Origin: Camelus dromedarius
Taxonomy: Eukaryota
Direction of reading: 5' to 3'
Length of the DNA: 64,000 nucleotides
Assembly: GCF_036321535.1 (NCBI RefSeq)
Contig: NC_087451.1
Span: 45,570,001 to 45,634,000, forward strand
The translations under genes and the position numbers were made by a program. Positions 12,063 through 33,220 of this stretch are shown in pieces. Below the pieces are notes generated by a model that saw only the letters and a list, made by a program, of their open reading frames with translations, made no database searches and had not been told where the DNA came from. How positions within the stretch are numbered: position 1 is the first letter of the stretch; each line of letters begins with the position of its first letter.

Positions 12063-15000
12063 TCACTTGGGGCTGCTAGGTTGAGGGTAATCCTCCTCCA
12101 AGGGGGGTGCGAGTTTCAAGTCAGGGCCAAAGGGCTTGTCTTCGAGGGAGAAGGATTTCTCATTCTGGAAGGAATCCCTGTTGTCAGGGGAGTCCTGCTG
12201 CTCCTTGCGCTCTGGCTGCGCACCAGGGTTGGGGTTCCTCACGCTGCCCACAAAGAGTGGCAGGCTCATGGTGTCCTCGAGGATGAGGAAGAGAAAGGGG
12301 CGGTTCACGCTGAAGGCAGAGAGGGACATGCGGGACATGGCAGTGCTGGTTGCCGCGGCTGCCTCCACGCCAGCCTCACTGAGCTCCAGTGTGGACTGAT
12401 GCTGCACACTAGATACCACCAGACTCTCGTCCGAGATCCCACTCAGGTCAGGGGCCTGGAACAGCTCCTGCAGGCCTGCCCAGGACAGGAGATGGCTGGT
12501 CAGAGCTGCCTTCCATTCCATGTGCTGCCTGGACCTGCCTGGGAATGAATGTCTGGCATCCTGACCAGGGAACACCTTGAACCTACAGATTGCTGGTTAA
12601 CTCCTATTCAGCCTTCATGTATCAGCTTAGAGGTCACTTCCTCCAGGAAGCCTTCCCTGATCCCCTTCCTCAAAATCCAGATGGGTATCTTTTCAATTTT
12701 CTCCCCGGTGAGCTGGAGAGAAGCCCTCTGTCTTATCACTTATGCTGAATTATAAGTACCTGATTACTCATCTGTCCACCCCATCAGATCAGACCGAGCT
12801 CTTTGTACATTTTGCACTCCCCATGCCTAGCACAGTGCCCCTTGCAGGAAACCCAGCGAGGCCCACATGCCACCCCAGGCTCTCCACCCAGGATTCTTGG
12901 CAATGCTCAGTCTTAGGCAGAGCATTCCCTAGGCACCCTCAGCAACACCTCCCGACCCCATGACAGAAGGTCCAAGAGTGCGTATCAGACCCTCTCGCCT
13001 CCCTAAGCCTTTTCTAGCTCTGATTCAGAGCTGCCAGCTAGGGGCTTCCTCCTCAGCAATCCCACCCAGCTTGGCCTGGGGGGCTGTCCCATTCCAACCC
13101 TCCTTACCCAGCTGGCTGAGGGTGGCCTCCAGGTCCAGCTGGTATTTCAGATGCAGCCTAGGCAGCTGGACCTTGGTGGGCCTCTCCCGCAGCAAGGGCT
13201 GGTGCAGGATGTCCCAGCTCAGGTTGGCCAGCACCTGGGACACATTCCACTCGAAGTGGGTGGGCACGATGACCACAAAGCTCATGTTGTTCTTAAAGGG
13301 GAAATGAGCCACCTACAGACAAGGGAAGGAGACATGAGGACCAGAGAGCACCCAGGCCCAGCTGGGGGCTGAGCCAGCATCGCTTACGAGCCAGATGGAC
13401 CTCCATCCTTTGCAGGTGTGTGTGGGGCCTCCCTGAGTGTCCACGTCCTCACCTGTGTAGTAGTAGTACCTGCCTGCACTGCAGGCTGACATGTAAGGGG
13501 AAGAGTTACTCTTTTAAAAGCTTCTAGCAGAGTATCTGCACATAGGCAGTGCTCACGCAGTAAGTGGTGCTTTTCTCTGTCCTCATCTCTTACCAGCTAA
13601 CCTGTGACTGGGGGTGAGAAATCCTGTGTCCACTTCTCACTTTCTCCACGTGTACAGTGGACTGGGTCACCCTAGTTTCCACAGAGGAGCGGCTGCCAGT
13701 GGGGATATACACTCTCCACTCTCTCCTCTAAAAGTGACTTGCCTGGCTATGTAAGTATACTGTGATTTGGAGTAACATTTCATGTGAGCGGGGTTTCTGC
13801 AGCTAAAGGAGTGTGAAAACCGCCGGGTTCCATGAGCCCTGGTGGCTATGACTCCTTGGGTTCCAGGCAGAACACCCAGGAAGCAGGAGCCCTGCAGTGG
13901 GAGGGGCAGTGCCAGCACCTGGGCGGCCAGCAGAGGGCCTGAGCAAGAGGAAGGCCAAGGAGGACAAGGGACAGAGACGAAAGGGTGAAGGAAGTGTGGG
14001 CAGGACACAGCCTGGCGGGAAGGAGCAGCAGAAAGAGAACTGATGAGGTGAACTAGACGGTCCCCATGTCAGGGGGAACTAGAGGAAACAGGGATGCTGC
14101 TCCAAGGGCCTACCTCGCCCACAGCCCCTCTCAGAAGGGCTGCAGGAGTGGCTGTGGTCTGCGTCATGCTGGCCTCGTGAAACTAACCCACACCGCCGTC
14201 TTAGCCCCAGCCGATTGGCCCAGAGATCAGTGCTCAAGCCAAGGGGACCACGTTTAGGCTAGAAGCAAGGGAGGCCACACTCGAGATAGCTTGGCATAGC
14301 ACTCTGTCTAATCCATCCCAGTCAGATTCTCCCTTCTAAGGAGTCCTGAGTGAGAGCTCAGGTCCCATCTCAGATCCGGGGGTGCTGAGGTCCTGTGCTG
14401 CCCCATAACCCACGAGTCCTTGTAATAAACCCCCATAACCAACGATCACCTGGGTCTCAACTCAGTGCCCCCTTCCTCAAAGAATACTTCCTGACTACTC
14501 TAGCTAAAATATCTTTCCTAATTACTAATTGATCACTCTTCTACCCCCAATATCTGAAATTATCCTGTTGATTTATGTTTGCTTGTTCACTGTGTGTCTT
14601 CCCTCCTGAGAGCAGGAATCAGGCCTTCCTTGTGTTCCACTAAACATGCAGTGCCTGGAACAGTATCTGACACCCAGCAAATGCCCAGTGAGTGAACCCC
14701 TGAGTGGGGGCACAGCGAGACCTTTCAGAGCCACCTGCCCCAGCGACACGACTGCAAGGAAGATGGGGCACACACCAGCTCCACAACTGCCCACTCCCTT
14801 CCCCATCTCCCAGCACCCAGGCCCGGCCTGGGCAATCAGGGGTGACCTGCATCTCAGGCTGCTCCAGCAGGAACCAGCGCAGTGGGTATGAGCGGGCTTG
14901 CATCATGTCCACCGGCACCGTGAACTGCTCGTCCAGGTGAAAAGTATCTCTCTGGGTGAGATTTGGGTCGAACTTGCTCCTCCAGAAGCCTGCATCCAGC

Positions 15001-17308
15001 AGAGGGCAGGGGCCATATAGACTGGGACCAGGGTGGGTTCTGTACCACCAGCCTCTTCCCCGTCCCACCCGGAACCCATCCAAGGGTGGAGGATGTGCCA
15101 GTTGATACCCAGTTGATCTGAGGAGCAATTGCAGAATCTGGACTTTATGTTCTCCAGAGCCCTACTGTGCTCCCAGGAATCATCCCCTAGGTCTTTTCAG
15201 CCTTGGTTTCCTCCTAGGGAACTCTCTCCATGACAGCCCCGTGCAGTTCCTGGGCCCACTCCCTGCCACACTGCTTACCTGCCTCCTACTCTCCCCACTG
15301 CCTCCTGGCCCAGCCCCGAGGAGGAAGAGGGACCCTCAGAACAAAGCTTGCACAGCCCCACTCAGCCTACAGGGCAGGGGTAGGGACTGCAAGGCAGGGA
15401 CCTCAGAAGGGGGGAGCGCACCCTGGAAGTGGATGGCGTTGAGCAGAAGCAACACTGTGCCATCTGACAGGTCTGAGAGGAAATCCTCAATCTTCCCCTC
15501 TGTGGCCTCCTTCACCCATTGGTTGATGTTCGCCAGGTCATCCTCCTTCCTCCCCGTCAGGCTCACAGGCTTTGCACCAAAGAGCTGCTCTGACTGCTCC
15601 ACGAAGTCCTCTTTGATGCGGAATCCTGCACAGAAGGGCCCATGAGCTGTTACTGGGGCTCAGGCTCCAGAGCCAGCTGTGCTGACTGGCTGCCTGAGGC
15701 CAGGCCCATCCCCTTCACCCCCATCCACCCCAGGGTGCTCCCTACAGAGCTCCCTGCCACCAGCACCTACCTTTCTGCAGGTACATTCTGGCAGCCAGTC
15801 GGAATGCCCCAGGACCCAGGTCCTGGCAGAGGCGGCTGAGCAGGTGAGGGAGGCAGGGCCCCGAATCTGCATGCAGCACCTGCTGCAGCCTCTGCAGCGT
15901 TTGGTTCTGAGCACCTGGAGGGACACAGCAGCTGTGGTCCAGGCTGGCAGGGGCCACGTAGTCAGGGCTCACACCCCCACTGCCCGCACCAGCCCCTCTT
16001 GAATACCTACAGTGAGCATGCTCACCAGATCGCACTTTCTCCTCCCATATCCTGAACTGGACTCAGGTACAGGACTCCCATTTTCTACTTCCATCTCTGC
16101 TGCTGCCAGTCTGGGTGGCCTCACCTCAGTGCCTTCCCTCTTTTGGACCTCAGTATCCCACAGTGAGACCCTCCAGTCCAAAGAGGACATTGTAGTTATC
16201 AAACTCTTGCATAAAAATCACCAGAAGCATATCCTGGGCCCAGTCCTTAGGACTCTGACTCACAGAGACTGGAGTCTGCCTTTTTACCAAACATCCAGGT
16301 GACCTTGATGGAGGAAGCACCCACTAGTAAACTCCGGGTTAGCAAGTGCCTACTGGCCTGGACAGGTGCTGCCATAGTACCTAGTGCCAGGTGAGACAGT
16401 GCCAGGGCCACACTCAGGGGCGATAGGATGAGGTTGGGCCTGGTGGAGTTTTGGGCCACCAAGGAAAACAGATCTGTCGTGAATGCCATCATGGCCTGGG
16501 CCAGCCTGTGGGTCTGCTCCGGGGTTGGAGCCTCCTTGCAGTCTCCTGGGGCCTTCTTCCAGGCAGTCTTGCCCCCCAGCTCCTGCTGGGACAGATCAGT
16601 AGTCAGTGGGATCAAGGGGTCAGCTCCAGGTTCTCGGCTGAAGATCTTCAAAGCCCCCGTGCCAGGAACAACAGGGCTTTGTCTCAGTCCAGACACGAGA
16701 GGGAGAGTCACATGGGCAATGGCATTCTGGGGATTAGGCCCCTTCCTCAGGTCCCTCCCACCCTTTCCCTTCAGGCCTCAGCCTCACAGCCATTCTCCCT
16801 CCCACCATTTCCTCACCCCTGCTGACTGGCCCTCCTCCCTCAGGCCCCGCCCACTCTTCCCCAGCCCCACCTGGTTGTACCTGTTTGCCCAACTTGAGGA
16901 GGAAAAGTGGGGGCAGTTTCTCCTGGGTCTGCCCGCTCATTAACTGAAGAAAGGAAGCAGATGGAGAGCAACCCTTCCTGCACAAGGCCCCCCACCCTGC
17001 ACAAGCCACAGGCAAGGCCCCTTGGGGCCTTCCTCCCCGTCATGCCTCTCACTCCCCAGTACCTGCTGGCCCAAGGGTTCCATGGCGCCCACAGGAGAGA
17101 ACTGTTGAAAAAGGCATGAGGAAAGGAGGGGGAACCCCTAAAGCCAAACCCTCCCTTGACCCAGCCCCCATCCCCTTCTCCCCCAGACCCCTGGCCTCTC
17201 CCTCAGCCTCCTCCCTGTCCCACCCAGACCGCAGCCAAGGCTCACCACTGAGCAGGGGCCTCGCATGCAGGACAAGCTGAGCACCAGGAGCCCCCAGAGC
17301 AGCGCCAT
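12063..17308 (-). CDS. SERPINF2: Alpha-2-antiplasmin (serpin F2), 491 aa. Coding exons 17246-17308, 17063-17101, 16881-16943, 16381-16582, 15771-15914, 15422-15625, 14847-14989, 13108-13312, 12063-12475
   Basis: Exons sum to 1476 nt in frame with GT-AG junctions. Signal peptide [14 protein letters not shown], reactive loop [14 protein letters not shown] (P1-P1' Arg-Met at 12332-12327), serpin motif VNRPFLF, C-terminal extension ending [11 protein letters not shown]. Confidence 0.98.
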
Positions 17309-17614
17309 GTTCCTGTGCAGGACAGGAAGCCTCCGTTCCTACCTCGCCCCCACACCTGCTGTGGAATCCCACCCACATGTTCATGGGCAGGCAAGTTCCT
17401 GAGCCATTACCGCGGAGGGGTGATGACACCAGCTCCAGCACACACGCCCAGAACACATCAGCAGAGGCTCTCCACTCTGAGGGGTAAATTGCTTGAACTC
17501 GCCCCTGAATTGCCTTTTCCACTTTGTGTTTTTTGGTTTTTCACATTTCATGCACTGAAAATGTTTTGGTTCATAGGGGGAAAATATTACCCAAACCAAA
17601 AAAGTCTTCATTTT

Positions 17615-17830
17615 TCAAGGCCTGGTGTTGTGAGTCAGACTTGGGTTTGTCTCCAGGCTGTGCCTCTTGGCAGAGGACCTAGGACATCTCCCTTAACCCC
17701 TCTGGGCTTTGCCTTATCTTGTAAACTGGTGGCAAAAGTCCCTACCTCCTCCATGTGTATTGTGGGGACCAGTGTAAGTCATTTTTTTGTGAGCCCTGAC
17801 TATATGGCCTAGCACTCAGTAATGGCTGTT
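17615..17830 (+). mobile_element. MIR SINE in SERPINF2 intron 1
   Basis: GAGTCAGACTTGGGTTTG...CTCTGGGCTTTGCCTTATCTTGTAAACTGG MIR core. Confidence 0.55.
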
Positions 17831-18488
17831 GTCAGCCTAGCCGAAGGCCCCTCTTCCGGGAAGCCTGCCCTAGGAAATCTCCCTACTGGGGCTCCCTCCC
17901 TAGAGCGCTTATCCAACCACTGTCCATTGGCCCACCTTTTCTGGCTGGTCTGTTCTTGCCCACAAGGGTGGACGGGCCTGTGGTCTCAGCAAAGGGGATA
18001 GGCTGGGCCAGAGGCTGGCATTGTTGACCCAACAGCAGAGCCTAATGAATGACTCTGGACAGAGCCACCTTTGGACTCACAAGAAACACAGGTCTCACCC
18101 CCTGGTCTGTCCCAGGCTGGCTCCGGGAAGCCAGGCTGGTGGGTGGGAATGGTCAGGTCTGGTCTAGTCTCCGAGCAGGTCTCACAGACACTGACCCCAC
18201 ACCTATCTCAGGCCCCATCTTTCTGGAGTGTACTTCTGTCACCCATGCCCCATCCCCATCACACACAAGGACCCTTGGCCAGGACGCTGATCTCCAGGCT
18301 GGACTTTTGAATCCTCCTGGCAAGAAAAAGCCTCCAATTTTTCACATTCCAGAGAGGCTCCCCCCAGAACCCCCACGCTGGCTCTTCATCACCCAAGGAG
18401 GCTGGGAAATTACAGGTCTCCTGAATAAACTCAGCCCAGACCCCCTCAGCCAGGTGGGCACACTGAGCCACCTCCCCACTCCTCATAC

Positions 18489-18530
18489 CTCTGCAGGCTT
18501 CTCGCTGCTGCACACGATGTCCCTCTGTCC
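18489..18530 (-). other. SERPINF2: Probable SERPINF2 non-coding exon 1 (5' end approximate)
   Basis: Minus strand ...GCAGCGAGAAGCCTGCAGAG|GTATGA donor. Splicing to 17312 gives ...GCAGAG-GAACATGGCG, like the human mRNA leader as recalled. Liver transcription-factor-like motifs lie just upstream. Confidence 0.6.
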
Positions 18531-19417
18531 CCACTTGGGTGCTCCCCACGCTCTGCCCAGGCTCCAGCCAGCCCAGCTCAGCCCTCCCCTCCCACCAGGA
18601 CCTTTGCTCTCAGCCAACCCCTGTTCCGATTGCTTTCTCTTCTGGTAAATATTGACCTGCACATCCGGTTAAACATTGATATTGAGACCACAAACCCCTT
18701 TCCCACCAGGGCATCTAATACTGGAACAGCACCTGGAGCCCTGGTGGGGGTGTGGGTCCCACCTGAGCCTGGAGAAAGGTTTAGGAAACAGTTGAGGAGG
18801 CTGTCCTCAGCCAGAGGGCAGATCCGGGAGGACAGGGGCCTTCCAGTGACCCCATGAAGTGGGGGGTTATCCCACTGTAGTCAGGCTCAGAGAAGCTGTT
18901 GAGTTGCCAGAGGACACAGAGCTGGTCTCAGAGTTACATCCAGGTTCCTACTTCCAGTGCCCTTTCCTCTCCCCGACAACTGCCTCCCTGACAACTGCCT
19001 GGTCTGGTCAAGAGGAGGGAAGGGGAAGCTGCAAGAGCCTAGGCAGGGAAGCCAGGATAGGATGCCCATTCCCAGCCCTCATATGCCCAGGATCCTGGTT
19101 GGCTGCCTTCAGCCTGGCTCCGGAAGGCAGAGGGTGGTAAGAGGAAAGATGCAGAAGGATGCAGCCTCTCCCAACTCCCTACCTCATCATGAGCAATGCC
19201 TCCTTACCCTCCCCAAGGATAAAGGTTCTGGAAACTGGCCTGGTGCTGCACGAACCAGAAGCCCTATACCCTGTACCGCCTGAAGAATAGTGATCAGGCT
19301 GCCTCCCCACCTCCTGCCCTAATCCTCACTGTCCTGAAAGCTGTAGGATCTCAACTTTTCCCTACCCTGACACCAGTCAAGAAAAGCCTCACTCGGTTCC
19401 ATGGCTCTTCCAAAGGA

Positions 19418-19423
19418 TTTATT
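19418..19423 (-). terminator. WDR81: Probable WDR81 polyadenylation signal AATAAA
   Basis: TTTATT on the plus strand about 880 nt past the WDR81 stop codon. Confidence 0.7.
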
Positions 19424-20305
19424 GATCATATTTACATCTATTGCAAATAGTGAGAAGGCAGCAGGGCCCAACCTCAGACCTCATCTCTGCTCCAGAATGT
19501 GAGGTCCCAGGGATGCCTGAGTCTTCCTATCCCCCGGGGGAGGGAGACCTGAGATGCAGAGAAAATTCTTCTCACCCCTTCTTTCAGGGTCTTGGACCCA
19601 CTCCCCTAGAGGTTCCAGACACAGAGGCTGCCTCGTCAGCTCAAGGCACAAACACTGTGGTTTGGGGTAGGCAGGCAAGGCATGGGGTCACTCCTGGCAG
19701 GCACCACCTGGCCCAGTCCATCTTCCATCCTTTGGTCCTGCCCTCTTTCTTCCCCTACTGGTCCCACACTGGGCAGGGTCTGGCTGGGTGGACACTTAAA
19801 CCCCAGCCCAAGGCCCGTACCTCCTGGACCATGGCCAGCCCTCCTTAGAGGGTGGAGTCCAAGCACCATCAGTGTTGTGGACTGGGGCAGCTTCCCTGTC
19901 TTTGTGGGACAGGGGCAGAGACAGCCCAGCAACGGGTCTTAGGCTGGAGACTGGCTAGGCAGGGCGAGTCTCCCTTCCCCTTCCCAGAGCTTCCTGTCCC
20001 CATGTGAATCCAGAGGGCAGAGCTGAGGAGAAGAGGGCAGCGATGCCTTCCCAGACTCTCTCTAGCTTCCTGCTGGCTAGGAGCAGCATCATCCCAAGCC
20101 ATGAGTGAGATCCCTGCAGGCAGCCTCAGTGGCTCTGGGGGTTCTGAAGCCCAGATCCCACCCCGCCCTAGGTGGCAGGCCCTGTGGGTGCCTAGGGAAC
20201 GGGGCCTGAGGCTTGCCTGGGAGGAGCTACTGGGGCAACAGGGGTGAGGGGATGGACTCCCAGAAGATGCCTGCCTGCCCCAACCTGACCAGCTCCCACC
20301 TCAGC

Positions 20306-30116
<9,811 letters not shown>

Positions 30117-30249
30117 CCTCTCCTGGCCGCCTGGGGGCAGCGCGGGGCTGAGCCCAGCCACGGCCCTCTTCCCCACGGCTTCCGGGGTGCCAGGTCGGGC
30201 GGATGGGGATGGGAGAGGGACAGGGACGGAGGCGGCAGGGGTGGGCTAG

Positions 30250-30560
30250 GGACAGAGGCGGGTACGGGGACGCTCTTACCCCTCCGCAGGGTCCTGCGCT
30301 CCGGGCGCGGCGGGGCGGGGGTTGCGGGGCGCCAGCGCTGGGCTCCTCCGTGACGGGTCAGCTGACGTGGCTCACGTGATCGTCCCGGCACGGAAACAAC
30401 CGCACGTGGCTGGACTGGGCCCGGGGACCCCGCCTCCTGCTCGCGCCACCGCCCGGCGGGCCTCGGCGCCCTCCCTCCCGGCTCTCTGCTTGGCCTGGGT
30501 GGCTTCGCTTCCTCCGGGGCTGGGAGGGGCTCCTGCAGGCCGCCACTGGTGCCGGGGTGG
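30250..30560 (-). promoter_or_regulatory. WDR81: WDR81 main CpG-island promoter
   Basis: CpG/GC-rich segment directly upstream of the ATG, with GC boxes, TGACGTGG (30363-30370), TCACGTGA (30372-30379) and CACGTG (30403-30408). Confidence 0.75.
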
Positions 30561-31664
30561 GGTATGCTGAACCGCCCACGAAGATGGGGGCTGCTGAACC
30601 ACTGACGAGATTTCTTCTCCCCTCCCTACTTCCTCCTTCTTGCGCCCCGTCGCGGACCTAGGGAGGCTTTCCCGAGAGATCGAAGCTTTTAATCGCAGAT
30701 CACCTCTGCCACCACCACCTCGCTCTGGTTTTACAGATAAGAAACCCGAAGCAGAGCTAGGACTTTTGACATCAAATTCCTTCACCGCCTCCATGCTGCC
30801 TTCCAAAAGAAAGAGCTTTAAATTTTCCAAAATATTTCATCAGTAACATTCCATCTGGCCCTCAGAACACTCAGTGAGGGAGAGAGGATGATTATTGTTT
30901 ATATTTTACTGGTGAAAACCAAGAGCCTCCAAAGAAGCTTATCCAAGTGGCAGAATGAAGACTTAGAAGCTGGTGCACAGACTCTGTGCCCTGGAGTCCT
31001 CCCCACCCACAGCCATCTTACGGCTTTTTTTTTTTTTTTTTTTTTTTCTGTCTGTCTTAAATTCTGGAGGATAGAAGTGGCCGAGGCTCAAAGGCCTGGA
31101 ATTCTTGGGAGGAAATGTCCCCCTAAGGATTTCCTGTTGAAGATCTGCCTCTGCGGTGCCACAGAGCCTGCCTGCTGTGGTCAGAGCCTACCAAATGCCA
31201 CGGTGGCTGGGGGGAGGGGGCAGCACGGGACAGGGAGCCGAAACCAGAGAGCTGGTACCAAAATTACATGACTCCTTCAAAGGGTTTCATTTACGACTCA
31301 TTTGCAAGATAGATAGGCCATTGTCTGCAGCAAACCCACTACCCCTGTTTTTTTGAGTCCCACTTCTAAGGAGTTTCCTTCACCTAAGAGTTTGGTGTGG
31401 AGATACGAGAGTTCCATAAAGGCACTTAAGAAAAACTAAAGTCCTAGTTAGAGAGGAGACAGGAATGGCTTAACGGTGATCTGATTCTATCTGTATCTTC
31501 TTTCTTGAAGGGGCAGCCAGAGCCCCTGATGTACTTGGTCACATGACTTTGGGCAGCCATAACTTAAAACCACCATTTATGAGCACTCATTAGGAGTCAG
31601 GCCTCACACCAAGCACTTTGCATACCTTGATTTCTTTAATCCTCACTATAACCCCCTTTTCCTT

Positions 31665-31912
31665 TTTAACTGAGGTGTTTAGATCTTTTGTTTAGGTTCG
31701 CGATGACAATTATCCTTATTTTTTTATTCTTATTTTTTATTGAACTGTAGTCGATTTACAATTACAAGTAGATTTAGTTTCATGTGTACAGCAAAGTGAT
31801 TCAGTTATACACGTATATTATATATATGTATATGTATACGTATATGTGTGTGTATACATATGTATGTATATGTATACATATGTGTGTGTGTGTGTGTGTG
31901 TATATAAATAAA
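31665..31912 (-). mobile_element. Short antisense L1 3' fragment with a (TA/TG)n microsatellite (~31814-31905), inserted in a MIR
   Basis: TTTTATTGAACTGTAGTCGATTTACAAT...GTACAGCAAAGTGATTCAGTTATACA followed by a TA/TG repeat. MIR sequence lies on both sides. Confidence 0.65.
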
Positions 31913-33008
31913 ACAACCCTTTTTAAGAAGATAGTTTTATACGATTTTAGGGTGAGGGAGCTGACTACCCCAGGTAACATGCCCAAGGTCACATAGCTAA
32001 GAAGTGGTAGAGCCAGGATTCAAATCCAGTCCTATCTTATTCTAAAGCCAATTTTCGTTGTACTCCTTGGCCTTGCACTATTGTTTTTTCAGCTGGGAAA
32101 TGAGGTGTCCCTTGACAATCTTGTATCCCCAACATTTGTATGAGTACCTCAGATGAGAGGATGGTTTTGATGGTGAGGAAGTAGTGCCTGCTTCTTAGTA
32201 CCAAAAAAATTGGGTCCACATGGTCTTTGTTCTGGTCTCAGTTTACCTAGATTGAGCAGGCATAATTTGTTTTTCTGAAAGTTTGTGTGTGCCCTGCCCT
32301 CTAGTGGTTTTGGCTTGCAATGCAGCAGTGACCTTGAGTGTAACTAACCTTACCTGTTACAGTTCTTTCCTTCCCTTAAATAGGGAATACTGGGTACTGG
32401 TGTACTGGTGTACTAAGATTTCTAGGGCACTGACACCTGCCGCAACCCGAGCCCTAAAACAGTGGTTTTCAAACTTCATGATGTATTTCTGATTGAGACC
32501 CTGGAGTCTGAATTTTTAACAAGCACCAGGTAATTCTGACGCAGTCAATCTGCAGGTCACAGCTCGGGATGTAATGCTCTGTAACAGCTCTATTTCCAAA
32601 TGCTCCCTGAATCCCAATACAGGCACCCTTGGGCTTTGGGGAATCTGGTACCAAATTAGCCACTCCCCTTTGTCAACCTCAGTACTGAGTTTCTTGAAAG
32701 TCATGGTTTGGATGGTCAGGGAGGGAGGCTGCAGTAGCTCCAGTGGTCAGCCCATGCTGAGTGAGGTTAGCTCTTGCTGACCTGGCAAGGAGAAAAGTGA
32801 AGGAAGCTAATGTTTAGTGCACCAACTATGGGCCAGTTGCTGTGCTAGGTGTTTTCAAACATATATTTTTTTAAATCCCTACAATAAGCCATGAATTTAT
32901 TATTTACTCTATTTTGTAGATGAGGCAATTGAGGCTCAGAGAAGTTACATATCTTCATCAAGCTCACAGCTGTTAAGAGCTAGAATTTCAATCCAAATTT
33001 GTCTAACT

Positions 33009-33220
33009 CAGTGGTTCTCAACTGGGAGCAACTTTGGCCCCCAGTGAACATTTGGTAATGTCTGGAGACAATTTGGGTTGTCATAATAGGGGGTGGGGGG
33101 TGCTGCTAATGGCATCTAGTGGGCCAGCGATGCCACTAAACAAGCTACCATGTACACGACAGCTCCCACAAGAACTTATCTAGTGCAACATGTTAATAGT
33201 GCTGTGACTGAGAAACCCTG
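33009..33220 (+). mobile_element. MER20 (hAT-Charlie MITE), near full length
   Basis: Terminal inverted repeats CAGTGGTTCTCAA...TGAGAAACCCTG. Internal ACATTTGGTAATGTCTGGAGAC and GGCATCTAGTGG match MER20 as recalled. Confidence 0.8.

Noticed and set aside
18972-19000. Small tandem duplication CCC(T)GACAACTGCCT x2, with similar micro-duplications at ~14400-14445, ~32385-32415 and ~51856-51880
   Set aside because: Two or three short units, consistent with replication slippage; no spacer array or CRISPR-like structure.
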